Shown here piece by piece: positions 33,922-43,347 of a DNA stretch of 64,000 nt. How positions within the stretch are numbered: the stretch's first letter is position 1; each line of letters opens with the position of its first letter. Source of the stretch: Candidatus Poribacteria bacterium (GTDB lineage Bacteria; Poribacteria; WGA-4E; WGA-3G); the NCBI GenBank assembly GCA_965214045.1, contig OZ243935.1:2578409-2642408 (forward strand). Direction: 5' to 3'. Position numbers and translations under genes: made by a program. The notes below the pieces were generated by a model that did not search any database, was not told the DNA's origin, and saw nothing but the letters and a program-made list of their open reading frames with translations.

Positions 33922-36699
33922 TTGAGAAAATTACAGATAACCATACTGATCTTGTTCTTCGGAGTTGCGTGGGTCATGCAAAGCAGTGCCGATCGGGTGC
34001 AACTCAACACGAGTGCCGCTGTCCTCCAAGACAATCTCGGTGCGAGTGTCGGCATGAGTGGTGATTATGCGGTAATAGGTGTCCCGAACGATGATACCGA
34101 CTTTGGCAGAGACACAGGTTCACTTCAAGTCTTTCTGCGCACAGAAACCGGATGGGTTCAACATCAAAAACTGTTCGCCAGTGATGCCGAGCCCGGCGAC
34201 CGATTCGGCACGACGCTCGCGGTGAGTGGCGATTACATCGTTGCTGGTGCCCCAAGGAAAGATGGAGGCGGGACGAACTCAGGTGCCGCGTATGTCTTTA
34301 GCCGAAGAGGGACTGAATGGTTAGAGCAAGCCAAGTTCGTCACACCTAACCAAAGGCGTGGTGACTATTTCGGTATCTCGGTAGCGATTGATGGAGATAC
34401 CGTCCTTGTTGGTGCGCATCGTACGAACGAACCTTTGGCAGATTGTGGCTCCGTCTATGTTTTTGAGAGGAACGGAGAAATTTGGAATCAGACAGCCAGA
34501 CTCATTGCCCCAGACCCAGATAGTTTCGCATACTTCGGTTTCTCCGTTGGAATTGATGCGGATACCGCTATCATTGGTGCAATTCGGGAGGATGAAGCCG
34601 GAAATGATGCCGGTGCTGCTTATATTTTCGTCCGAAACCAATTCGGATGGACGCCTCAAGCGAAACTTATCGGAAACAACACGGAAGCGGAAGATAACTT
34701 TGGGTATGCAGTTGATGTTGATGGAGATTTTGCCATTGCGACCTCACCTAAGAACAGAGGTGGTGGTTCTGCTTACATCTATAAGCGCGAAGGGATCGAA
34801 TGGAAGCAAAAAAGAAACCGTGTCCGTTTTCGTATGATTCCGATTGATCCAGATGGCGCGTCCGCTTTCGGTGTTTCTGTTGATATTAAGGGGGAGACCG
34901 CTGTCATTGGTGCGACAGGGGGTAACGTCGGAGACGATATTGTCGGTGCCGCTTATGTCTTTACACAAAATGAGCCTCCATTTTGGAACCAACACACAAA
35001 GTTGGTCGCAAGCGATAGAGGTGCCGGTGACCAGCTCGGATTCGCTGTTGCGATCAGTGAGAACGAAGTGATCGCTGGTGCACCAAGGCATAACGCCGGT
35101 GGATTATCATCGGGGGCTGCATATATTTTTGAACAAAGGGAAGATGCTTCGTGGGCAGAGAGTAGCAAGTTGAGTGATGGTGAAACCGCTTCAGAAGATC
35201 AGTTCGGCGTATCTGTTGCGATAAGTGGGAACTTCGCTGTCTCCGGTGCCCAACAAGACGATGACATCGCACCGAACGCGGGTGCCGCGTACATCTTTGA
35301 GCGTACCGGTACTCTCTGGCTGCAGCGCACAAAACTTACCGCTGACAACGCAAATGCTGGGGATCTATTCGGGAATGCTGTTGCGATGGATGGCGCAACG
35401 GTCCTTGTTGGCGCGCCCGGGGTGGATCAGGCAGGACCGGAATCTGGCGCAGCATACATTTTCGTACAGGTCGGCGAGGCGTGGATTCAACAGGCGAGGT
35501 TAGTCGGGGACGACCTCGGAATCTTTGATCGATTCGGGTCAGCCGTGGCAGTACATGAAAATACCGCTATCGTCGGGGCACACGGGAAAGACGAGGGGGG
35601 TGTGGATACCGGTGCCGCTTATGTCTTTGTCCGGAATGGTGCCTCTTGGACGCAACAGGCGAAACTCACCCACCGAGATGCTGTACCGGGAGATCTATTC
35701 GGTTTTGCTGTTTCTGTCTATGGCGATAATGCCATCATCGGTGCCCATCAGAGCGACGCAGCGGGACCAGATTCAGGCGCAGTCTATCTCTTTACACGTA
35801 GTGGAGGCACATGGACGCAAGACGTCCTGCTGATGCCAAATGATATTGGCATCGGTGATGAATTCGGCTACGCTGTCAATTTAACTAAAGGTATTGCTAT
35901 TATCGGTGCACCTAAGGAGGACCGAAGACTTGCCGACCTCGGAGCCGCTTATGTTTTTGTGGAGGCACGAGATGGTTGGGTGCAACAGGCAAAGCTAACC
36001 GCATCCGATGCCGAGACTGGAGATGAGTTCGGTTCAGCAGTCGCTATTCATGAAGATACCGCTATCGTCGGGGCATGGAAAGATAATCACCCGTTGCCGG
36101 ATCCGGATGGAGATCCATCAGTACAGATTGACAGAGGTTCAGCTTACTCCTTTTTGCGCGACGGATTATCCTGGGTAGAGAAACGCCGAATTGAGGCTGC
36201 CGGCACAAACCGATCCGACCTGTTTGGGGCATCTGTTGCGATCAGAGGTGCTTTTGCTATCGTTGGTGCCGCAGGTAGCGATAATGCCGGGGATAACTCA
36301 GGATCCGCGTTTATCTATAACCCAATTGATCTCGGATTCCGGTCTGCGGATGTTCCTTTCTCTGTGGATCCGACATCACATGCGCTCTCGATGCTCGGAT
36401 ATATTAAACAGACGACGATTCTCCAGAATTATCCGAACCCATTTAATCCAGAGACATGGTTCCCCTACGATTTGGCAGAGGAAGCAAAGGTTATTCTGAA
36501 AATCTACGATGTCCGTGGGGGGCTTGTACGCCAGTTGAATATTGGGCTACAGGAACCCGGCAGGTATCGGAGCCAAGAGAAAGCCGCGTATTGGGATGGG
36601 AAAGACCAGTATGGAACGAAAGTCGCAAGTGGCATCTATTTCTACACATTTTCCGCTGGCGATTTCCAACGCACCCGCCGACTGGTGATTCTCAAGTAG
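33922..36699 (+). CDS. FG-GAP repeat protein with T9SS/FlgD-type C-terminal sorting domain
   Basis: TTG start and signal peptide. More than 12 repeats of GD.FG.SVA..GD.A..GAP. C-terminal ILQNYPNPFNPETWFPYDL...GIYFYTF. Confidence 0.85.
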   Translation: MRKLQITILILFFGVAWVMQSSADRVQLNTSAAVLQDNLGASVGMSGDYAVIGVPNDDTDFGRDTGSLQVFLRTETGWVQHQKLFASDAEPGDRFGTTLAVSGDYIVAGAPRKDGGGTNSGAAYVFSRRGTEWLEQAKFVTPNQRRGDYFGISVAIDGDTVLVGAHRTNEPLADCGSVYVFERNGEIWNQTARLIAPDPDSFAYFGFSVGIDADTAIIGAIREDEAGNDAGAAYIFVRNQFGWTPQAKLIGNNTEAEDNFGYAVDVDGDFAIATSPKNRGGGSAYIYKREGIEWKQKRNRVRFRMIPIDPDGASAFGVSVDIKGETAVIGATGGNVGDDIVGAAYVFTQNEPPFWNQHTKLVASDRGAGDQLGFAVAISENEVIAGAPRHNAGGLSSGAAYIFEQREDASWAESSKLSDGETASEDQFGVSVAISGNFAVSGAQQDDDIAPNAGAAYIFERTGTLWLQRTKLTADNANAGDLFGNAVAMDGATVLVGAPGVDQAGPESGAAYIFVQVGEAWIQQARLVGDDLGIFDRFGSAVAVHENTAIVGAHGKDEGGVDTGAAYVFVRNGASWTQQAKLTHRDAVPGDLFGFAVSVYGDNAIIGAHQSDAAGPDSGAVYLFTRSGGTWTQDVLLMPNDIGIGDEFGYAVNLTKGIAIIGAPKEDRRLADLGAAYVFVEARDGWVQQAKLTASDAETGDEFGSAVAIHEDTAIVGAWKDNHPLPDPDGDPSVQIDRGSAYSFLRDGLSWVEKRRIEAAGTNRSDLFGASVAIRGAFAIVGAAGSDNAGDNSGSAFIYNPIDLGFRSADVPFSVDPTSHALSMLGYIKQTTILQNYPNPFNPETWFPYDLAEEAKVILKIYDVRGGLVRQLNIGLQEPGRYRSQEKAAYWDGKDQYGTKVASGIYFYTFSAGDFQRTRRLVILK

Positions 36700-36705
36700 T
36701 AAAAT

Positions 36706-36815
36706 GGCTGTCAGCCGTCAGGTCGGGTTTTCTACGAAAACCCCTTCAGCAGTCGGTTAAGAGATTTTCGTTTAACAAAGATTTCCTCTTTGCCCACCGC
36801 CGATAGCCGATAGCT
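36706..36815. repeat. heptamer palindromic element (compound)
   Basis: GGCTGTCAGCCGTCAGGTC ... hairpin GGGTTTTCTACGAAAACCC ... CAGCAGTCGGTTAAG ... CCGCCGATAGCCGATAGCT. Confidence 0.7.
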
Positions 36816-36852
36816 ATTCCTTTGACCGTTATCTTGTGGAGACAAGCATTAT

Positions 36853-37245
36853 ATGAACCAACAGACTGGCTATGATGATTTACAAACCCATATCCGTCAA
36901 CTGAAGACACCGCCAATTGAGACATGGGAAAATCAGTATAGCCACCGAGATTACACAATCGAAATTACCAACTTGGAGTTCACTGCCGTGTGCCCTAAAA
37001 CGGGGCTACCCGATTTCGCGACACTTTGTATCAATTATGTGCCAGACCAGCACTGTGTTGAGTTAAAGTCGTTAAAGGAGTACTTCCTTTCCTATCGAGA
37101 TGTTGGTATCTTCCATGAACACGTTGTAAATAAAGTGTTGGAGGATTTCGTTGAAGCCTGCCAACCGCGGAAGGCGGAAGTTGTCGGTGATTTTAACATC
37201 CGCGGTGGCATCAAAACGGTCGTGCGTGCAAGTTACCAGAGTTAA
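36853..37245 (+). CDS. queF: NADPH-dependent 7-cyano-7-deazaguanine (preQ0) reductase, unimodular type
   Basis: FTAVCPKTGLPDFA (catalytic Cys), the QueF motif ELKSLKEYF, and HEH. Confidence 0.9.
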   Translation: MNQQTGYDDLQTHIRQLKTPPIETWENQYSHRDYTIEITNLEFTAVCPKTGLPDFATLCINYVPDQHCVELKSLKEYFLSYRDVGIFHEHVVNKVLEDFVEACQPRKAEVVGDFNIRGGIKTVVRASYQS

Positions 37246-37398
37246 GGTTGTTCTTTTGTAGGATGATGCACGTTGCGTCTATGGGAGTACGCCGCAAACC
37301 TGTTAGGTTGTGTTTCCCTGAGAACGTCTGTGTTTTTTGGGGTTCCTCCTCTCACGTTGCGTCTTATCGTCAAAATTGCGTCTGTCCTGAAATATATG

Positions 37399-37407
37399 TG
37401 CTATAAT
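37399..37407 (+). promoter_or_regulatory. candidate extended -10 promoter TGcTATAAT
   Basis: TGC at 37399-37401 plus TATAAT at 37402-37407. It would read into MITE-A copy 2 and the micro-ORF/hicB pair. Confidence 0.35.
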
Positions 37408-37443
37408 CGAAACCTTCGGAATGTGCGGAAATAAAAAATATAA

Positions 37444-37620
37444 TTAACGTGAACTTGAAATAAATCTGTAGGTATTTTTGATAGGGTGTTTCCTACAGGT
37501 AGAGCGGTAAACACACGCCCAAATCCTCGTAATTTGGAGAGACCTGCCGTTTTTCAAGGCACCTTCTGCGTCAATAGCCATAGCGAAACTCAACATTCCC
37601 TTTTATCAAACTCACGTTAA
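37444..37620. mobile_element. MITE-A copy 2 (~177 bp)
   Basis: Terminal inverted repeats TTAACGTGAACTTGAAATAAA and (reverse complement) TTAACGTGAGTTTGATAAAAG. Same internal CTGTAGG...CCTACAGGTAGAGCGGTAAA block as copy 1. Confidence 0.7.
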
Positions 37621-37663
37621 TTAGGGCTTTAGCTAAAGTTTCTAATCCATAAGGCGAAAATCA

Positions 37664-37765
37664 ATGTCAATTAAATCTATTCGTGAAGAAGCCCGTGAAC
37701 GCGGTGTTTCTAAAGGAAAAGTGTATAATGAAAGAAAGGCTAAACAGGCTATCGAAGAAGAATGA
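37664..37765 (+). CDS. 33-codon micro-ORF translationally coupled (ATGA) to hicB; no family recognised
   Basis: AAGG 9 nt upstream of the ATG. MSIKSIREEARERGVSKGKVYNERKAKQAIEEE. The stop overlaps the hicB ATG. Not HicA-like. Confidence 0.25.
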   Translation: MSIKSIREEARERGVSKGKVYNERKAKQAIEEE

Positions 37766-38109
37766 AGAGGAATAACCCCGACGATTTTGATGGCTTCATG
37801 GTCAATGTATTTTTTGATGATGACGATGGCGATTATCTTGCACACCTCGTGGAACTCCCTAACGTCTCAGCTTCCGGAGTAACTGCTGCTGAAGCATTAG
37901 CGGAGTTGAAAATCGCATGGGAACTGATGAAGGAATGCTACCAAATGGATGGTGAACCTCTTCCAAAAGCACCTTCTCGAAACGGATATGAGGGGCCATT
38001 TAATCTTCCTATTGATGCCCAACTGTATCACGTTCTTGCAGCCGAAGCTGCAAAAGCTGGAATAAGCCTTTACACACTTGTAACCCATAAATTATCGAAA
38101 ACGACATAA
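37762..38109 (+). CDS. hicB: HicB-family antitoxin
   Basis: GDYLAHLVELPNVSASGVTAAEALAELKIAWELM (RNase-H-like HicB fold) followed by FNLPIDAQLYHVLAAEAAKAGISLYTLV (RHH-like tail). Confidence 0.75.
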   Translation: MKRNNPDDFDGFMVNVFFDDDDGDYLAHLVELPNVSASGVTAAEALAELKIAWELMKECYQMDGEPLPKAPSRNGYEGPFNLPIDAQLYHVLAAEAAKAGISLYTLVTHKLSKTT

Positions 38110-38355
38110 TCTCTACTGCCATCCGAAATTTAGACCACCCTCTAAACCAAGATTGTGCTACAATACAATCTCACAGAAAGGAGAATTCCGATGGCGAAAC
38201 GAAAACAAAAGCCTCCACCGTGCTTATACTCACAAAAAATACTACTGGAGATCCAGAGGCAATAGGAAGCGGGTTTTCATCAGCGACGATCATATCGTTA
38301 GCAATTGGCAGGTTATTGATGATGTAACAGCTGTTTACCTATGAGAGATAAGACT

Positions 38356-39384
38356 CTATACAATTGGGACGGAACGACCTATCCTTGCCGATTCATAGAG
38401 CGCATCGAAGATTTTCGCAATGTTCAACACCTCTTCAGCAGGGACAGGGGACAACAATCCTTCTCGGATAGCCGTATGGAACGATTCAAATTCACTCGGT
38501 AATCCTGTGAGCAATTTTGGCGCGTAATTCACCATCTCATCTTTTTTATCCAGATAAATCTGAAGCGGTTCATAAGTCGCACCGGCTAAGTCTCCCATGA
38601 AAAACGTCCCGCCGATGTTTTCGATATGCGATGCCCACGCCGTTTCCAAGGTCACCGTCAATCCGCCCTCAAAGCGGATAGTCCCCATCGCGAAATCTTC
38701 CACCTCAAAATCTTCAGGATTCCATTTACCCCACGGGTTGATGACATTCTCTTTGTGTCCAAACTTCGTTGCCGTCATTCCGAACGCCTCAATGGGTTTC
38801 GGAGAACCGATCATCCAGAGCAACACATCGAGGATATGCACGCCGATATCAATGAGCGGTCCGCCACCTGCGATGGCTTTACTCAGAAAAGACGGTGAAG
38901 CAGGCACCCCACGCCGTCGTACTGACATTGCGCGGGCATAATAGATGTCCCCAAAGAAACCTTCATCATAGAGTTTACGTAGGGTGCGCGCCTCCGCACG
39001 GAATCGGGATTGTAACCCAATCTGTAGGATTTTACCGCTCGCCTTTTGCGCGTCCACCATTGCTTGTCCGTCAATAGCGTTCGCAGCAATCGGTTTTTCA
39101 CAGATAACATGTTTTCCGGCGTTCAACGCTGCAATAGTGGGTCCGGCGTGGAAGTTATTCGGCGTGCAAACGCTCACCGCATCCAGTTCATCCATCGCCG
39201 CCAATTCCTCGTAATCACTGAAAACGTGCGGAATGTCGTGTTTTTTAGCGAACGCTTTCGCACGGGTTTCGTCGATGTCGCACGCGGCGATAATCGAAAC
39301 ACCCTTGACACTTTTATGGCCCGGAAGGTGTTTACCACCAGCAATGCCACCGCACCCAACTATACCTACCTTAATTTCTTTCAT
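38356..39384 (-). CDS. Gfo/Idh/MocA family oxidoreductase
   Basis: I prefer ATG 39384 (MKEIKVGIVGCGGIAGGKH), which is preceded by AAGGAG. Also EKPIAANAIDG. Confidence 0.9.
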   Translation of the reverse strand: MKEIKVGIVGCGGIAGGKHLPGHKSVKGVSIIAACDIDETRAKAFAKKHDIPHVFSDYEELAAMDELDAVSVCTPNNFHAGPTIAALNAGKHVICEKPIAANAIDGQAMVDAQKASGKILQIGLQSRFRAEARTLRKLYDEGFFGDIYYARAMSVRRRGVPASPSFLSKAIAGGGPLIDIGVHILDVLLWMIGSPKPIEAFGMTATKFGHKENVINPWGKWNPEDFEVEDFAMGTIRFEGGLTVTLETAWASHIENIGGTFFMGDLAGATYEPLQIYLDKKDEMVNYAPKLLTGLPSEFESFHTAIREGLLSPVPAEEVLNIAKIFDALYESARIGRSVPIV

Positions 39385-39406
39385 TGTTAACTCCTTTTCG
39401 CTTATT

Positions 39407-40255
39407 TTAGATTGGCACAACTTGTGGGGCTTGTTCCAAGTTCAGATTGTGCGCTGCTGCCCATTCCGAACCTGCCCAGTGTACGCCGTTCGGGTCGCGC
39501 CTGCCTTGTGTGTCTGTAGATGCCCCGAGAAACTGCCTGCCGAGATCGTTTAAGTTTTCCACCAGTGGTTCATCCGGTTGTAGGCTATCGTTGTAATAGC
39601 GCAGATAATAATCCGGCTTAATCCAGCGATAATGGTACCCATAGATGATAACCTTAGAGATAGTCTCTCTGAAATTCAGTCCCGCGGCATGATAGATACG
39701 GCTTTCAAACAGAAATGCATCTCCTGCGCGGAGGAGCGGTTCGTCATACACAAGTGGATCCACTTCACCTTCAGGAATGCCCAACGGCTCACTCAGTTTG
39801 TGGCTCTTTCGGATAAACCACGTCGCGCCTGAGTTCGGTATACTGAAATCCGTTAAGCAGTAGCCTACCTTCAAACCGACGCGCGGGCAACCTGCGTGCC
39901 CAACGTCCAAATGCACACCGACATCTCGATGCCAATTGCGGTTGTCAGGTTTTTCAGGTGCCTGTGGGTGTTTGTAGATAAGTGCTGTGTTCGTGATATG
40001 GATATTTGTACCGAGCAGTTGCAGAATCAATGGCACTGCTTTCGACTGTGTCGCAAGGTCAGCGAATGCGAGTTCTTGTACCAACCCGTCCCGCCGATGT
40101 GCGTAATAGTCGTGGTACTCAAACGATTCCATGAGTCGGTCACCTGTCTCGGTCAGACGTTGAATCATCTCACTGTCAATTGCTGAGCGCACGATGAGGT
40201 AACCGTTCTCTTCAAATTCTTGGCGTTGTGTCTTTGTCAACTGAACAAATTCCAT
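39407..40255 (-). CDS. phytanoyl-CoA dioxygenase (PhyH) family protein
   Basis: MEFVQLTKTQRQEFEENGYLIVRSAI... and WHRD. Close paralogue of 48393..49208. Confidence 0.85.
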   Translation of the reverse strand: MEFVQLTKTQRQEFEENGYLIVRSAIDSEMIQRLTETGDRLMESFEYHDYYAHRRDGLVQELAFADLATQSKAVPLILQLLGTNIHITNTALIYKHPQAPEKPDNRNWHRDVGVHLDVGHAGCPRVGLKVGYCLTDFSIPNSGATWFIRKSHKLSEPLGIPEGEVDPLVYDEPLLRAGDAFLFESRIYHAAGLNFRETISKVIIYGYHYRWIKPDYYLRYYNDSLQPDEPLVENLNDLGRQFLGASTDTQGRRDPNGVHWAGSEWAAAHNLNLEQAPQVVPI

Positions 40256-40344
40256 CTTTTAATTATTCCTTGTGGTTCGGTCAGCTGGGTTTTGGACTTA
40301 ACGTTCCTTTCCGTATATCCGCTCTCCATTTCATTACGAGCTAT
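40256..40344 (-). promoter_or_regulatory. Box B + Box A leader module (copy 4, with compensatory stem changes)
   Basis: Minus-strand reading ATAGCTCGTAATGAAATGGAGAGCGGATATACGGAAAGGAACGTTAA ... CTGACCGAACCACAAGGAATAATTAAAAG followed by ATG. Confidence 0.6.
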
Positions 40345-40460
40345 GCGTTTTCTTTAGTAGGCGGGGGAAACGCCCTATCAAAAACACTCCGATTCCCGAC
40401 TTTTCGGATAAGTCGGACAAAGCCGTAAAACTGAATAGTTGGCTCCATCCTGATAGAAAG

Positions 40461-40489
40461 TTGATAGACATTTAAAAATATGCTATCAT
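40461..40489 (+). promoter_or_regulatory. sigma-70-type promoter TTGATA-17 nt-TATCAT, giving a near-leaderless transcript
   Basis: The -10 hexamer ends at 40489 and the ATG is at 40499. Confidence 0.55.
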
Positions 40490-40498
40490 GAGTGAAAA

Positions 40499-41677
40499 AT
40501 GATGTCTACAAATAAACATGTTTTATTTTTAAATATTGGGTTTTCGCGCTGCCTTTCTATCTTAATTTTTGCCCTATCGGTGGTGTGTCTTGCACCAGCA
40601 GAAGATGGCAAACCGGACGAGGCTGCACAGGCATATCAGGCAGGCTTACAAGCACTCACGCAAGCAAAGCATCATGATGCATTTGCGGCGTTTCAGCGGG
40701 CAGTAAAATTGGACCCAACCCACGCTGAAGCGCACTATCAACTCGGTGTGCTTTACGGCAAACAATCGCAATGGAAACCAGCCATTGATGCACTTCAGAC
40801 TGCGATTCGTCTCTCACCCGATTTCGCTGATGTACACGTTCGCCTTGGCGAGGCATACCTTATCGGCATGGCGAGTGCTAAAGATGCAGCTAAACCCTTG
40901 GAACGTGCACTACAGTTGCAGCCCGACCACTTACGCGCACGCAGGCTTTTAGGCGATGCCTACCTCCGACAGAACCGAATCGACGATGCGATTCATCACC
41001 TTAAACAGTTGGTACAGGATAGCGAAGCCCGTTACCTTCTCGGTCGTGCCTACTTCCAAAAAGAGGATTTCACGCAAGCGATACCACATTTTGAGGCAGT
41101 TATTAAACGCGCAAGTCGACATGCCAAAGCGCATTTCAATCTTGGGAATTGTTATCTCCGTACAGGGAAAGTCGCCGAAGGGCGCGCTGCGTTCCGCATG
41201 TTTGAGAAACTCACACGTGAAGAGGAGCAATTGGCATCACTGCAACGTTTGGTTGAAAACGATCCGCAACGCCTGCAACCGCGTTATGCGCTTGCAGAAC
41301 TATTTATGAAAAGGACGGAATGGGAACTGGCTACGGCGGAACTCAAAGTGTGTCTCGGCATCGCACCGCACGATGAGAAGGCATCTGAACTGCTTGGTTA
41401 CATCTACCTGCAAACAGAGGCGTATCCAGAGGCACTTGAAGTCTATGGCGGTCTCGTTGAAGCGCACCCAGAGAGCGCCATATACCGGAATAGTCTCGGC
41501 ATTATCTATATGATGCAAAAGAAACCTCGGCAGGCGATCCCTCAGTTTGAAACGGCGACACGTCTTAACACAACGAACCCACAACTTTACCGAAACTTGG
41601 CGAATGCCTATCGGCAAGTCGGTGAACAGGTGAAAGCGGAGCAGGCGTATCGGCGTTACCGCTCCTTAACAAAATAG
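40499..41677 (+). CDS. TPR-repeat protein (secreted/membrane-anchored)
   Basis: Hydrophobic N-terminus and multiple TPR units (AEAHYQLGVLYGKQSQWKPAIDALQTAIRLSPD...). Confidence 0.85.
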   Translation: MMSTNKHVLFLNIGFSRCLSILIFALSVVCLAPAEDGKPDEAAQAYQAGLQALTQAKHHDAFAAFQRAVKLDPTHAEAHYQLGVLYGKQSQWKPAIDALQTAIRLSPDFADVHVRLGEAYLIGMASAKDAAKPLERALQLQPDHLRARRLLGDAYLRQNRIDDAIHHLKQLVQDSEARYLLGRAYFQKEDFTQAIPHFEAVIKRASRHAKAHFNLGNCYLRTGKVAEGRAAFRMFEKLTREEEQLASLQRLVENDPQRLQPRYALAELFMKRTEWELATAELKVCLGIAPHDEKASELLGYIYLQTEAYPEALEVYGGLVEAHPESAIYRNSLGIIYMMQKKPRQAIPQFETATRLNTTNPQLYRNLANAYRQVGEQVKAEQAYRRYRSLTK

Positions 41678-41679
41678 GA

Positions 41680-41733
41680 GTCAGCCGACAGCTATTCTTC
41701 TGACTGCCGACACCCAATGGCTGACAGCTATTC
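41680..41733. repeat. heptamer palindromic element overlapping the GMC gene start
   Basis: GTCAGCCGACAGCTATTCTTCTGACTGCCGACACCCAATGGCTGACAGCTATT. ATG 41717 lies inside it. Confidence 0.7.
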
Positions 41734-43291
41734 CGCTATGAATAAATCACAATCTTGGCTTTCAAATGCTACCAATATCCGACCCGCATGGTTGAAGAAA
41801 AAAAGTTTACAACGGCAGGAGCGTGCTGACGTATGCGTTATCGGTTCCGGCGCGGGTGGCGCGGTCGTCGCGAAAGAACTTGCTGAAGCCGGGCTATCGG
41901 TGATTATTTTAGAGGCAGGCGAAAATCACGATCCGAGCGGTTTCGGCAGTTACGAACCGGAAATGCTGCGTCGCCTGTTTTGGGATAGCGGTTTACGGTG
42001 TACACAGGATGGGTCAATCGTCATTTCACAGGGTAAAGGCGTTGGCGGTTCAACAGTGCACAATCTCTGCTATGCAGTCCGTCCATCACAAGTGCCACTA
42101 TACAACTGGGGCGTTCCTGAGATCTGGCCCCACTTTGCACAAGTAGAGCAGACGCTCGGTGTTACGCAGATACAAGAAACAGACGTAAATCAATTAAATA
42201 CCGTTATCCGCCGTGGATGCGAAGCAATGGGATGGAGAGGAATCGTCCAAAGACACAATCGCGGCGAATGTTCTACATGTGGAACTCAGTGTCTTTTTGG
42301 GTGTCCAGTTTCCAAAGCCTCGCAAAGCGATTCAACAAGAACAGGGAAACAGAGCATGGCGGTTACATATATCCCTTTGGCACTTGCCGCAGGTGCAACC
42401 CTCTACAGCGACTGTGTGGCTGAGAAAATCCGTATGGAAAAAGGTAGAGTCGCTGGTGTTTCTGCCGAGTTACCATCAGGCGAATTGTATGTTCAATGCG
42501 ATATAGTAATACTCGCCGCAGGTGCGATCAACTCACCACAACTCTGGTTAAAAAGTCGACTTCCCAATGCAAACCGACGAGTTGGGAAAAATCTCCATCT
42601 GCATCCCGCTGCTTTCGTTGGCGGCATCTTTAACGAAACGATTAACGGACAGCTCGGTATCCCTCAAAGTTACTATATCGACCAGTTCTTGGATTTGAGA
42701 CGCGCCCCCGACAGCGGTTATCTGCTCATGCCGGCTTTCGGTTCACAGATGATAGTTGCGGCGAGTCTACCGGGATTCGGTGAGGATCATCGCGGATTGA
42801 TGGAACGCTATCACCACATCGCCGCGCTTCTTGTTCTTTTGCATGACAAAACAGCCGGACGAGTATCTGTAGATTTTAAAGGTTCTCCAGACATTTCATA
42901 CCGACTGCACCGTTCGGATAAACAACTACTCGTTGAAGGGATCATCAACGCTGCCCGCCTGCTTTTTGCTGCAGGCGCGACAGAAATCCTGATGCCTTAC
43001 ACACAACATTTCCCCATTAAAACGGAGGCTGATCTTGAGATTATCCGCCGACGTGGCATCGTGCCGAATGACATCATGCTGGCTTCCAGTCATCCGCAGG
43101 GTACACTTCGGATGGGCGAAAATCCGAACAGAAGCGTCGTTAATCTTTCAGGAGAATCCCACGCCGTGAAAGGCTTGTTTGTTGCCGATGCCAGCCTTTT
43201 CCCAACCTCTATTGGTGTGCCACCGACATTGACGATCGCCGCGCTCGCTACGCATGTCGCCCATCGGATTATGGAGAGCGGTATCGTGTAG
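41717..43291 (+). CDS. GMC family oxidoreductase
   Basis: FAD motif DVCVIGSGAGGAVVAKELAEAG and C-terminal SSHPQGTLRMG...VADASLFP. Confidence 0.9.
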   Translation: MADSYSAMNKSQSWLSNATNIRPAWLKKKSLQRQERADVCVIGSGAGGAVVAKELAEAGLSVIILEAGENHDPSGFGSYEPEMLRRLFWDSGLRCTQDGSIVISQGKGVGGSTVHNLCYAVRPSQVPLYNWGVPEIWPHFAQVEQTLGVTQIQETDVNQLNTVIRRGCEAMGWRGIVQRHNRGECSTCGTQCLFGCPVSKASQSDSTRTGKQSMAVTYIPLALAAGATLYSDCVAEKIRMEKGRVAGVSAELPSGELYVQCDIVILAAGAINSPQLWLKSRLPNANRRVGKNLHLHPAAFVGGIFNETINGQLGIPQSYYIDQFLDLRRAPDSGYLLMPAFGSQMIVAASLPGFGEDHRGLMERYHHIAALLVLLHDKTAGRVSVDFKGSPDISYRLHRSDKQLLVEGIINAARLLFAAGATEILMPYTQHFPIKTEADLEIIRRRGIVPNDIMLASSHPQGTLRMGENPNRSVVNLSGESHAVKGLFVADASLFPTSIGVPPTLTIAALATHVAHRIMESGIV

Positions 43292-43347
43292 TTTTACTGT
43301 AGGGGCAGGTCTCGTGCCTGCCTACTAACGAAAGACAAGCCAACAAA

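Noticed and set aside
36700-36852. preQ1 riboswitch upstream of queF
   Set aside because: The region is occupied by a heptamer palindromic element. I could not find the conserved preQ1-I/II core (a short hairpin followed by an A-rich tail ending in the CUA/SD pairing).
38153-38344. Small ORFs after hicB: an SD-led 24-codon MAKRKQKPPPCLYSQKILLEIQRQ and the 63-aa track ORF, downstream of a TGcTACAAT extended -10
   Set aside because: The two frames cannot be joined without assuming a frameshift, and neither matches a family I recognise. It may be a gene remnant, but I cannot support a call.
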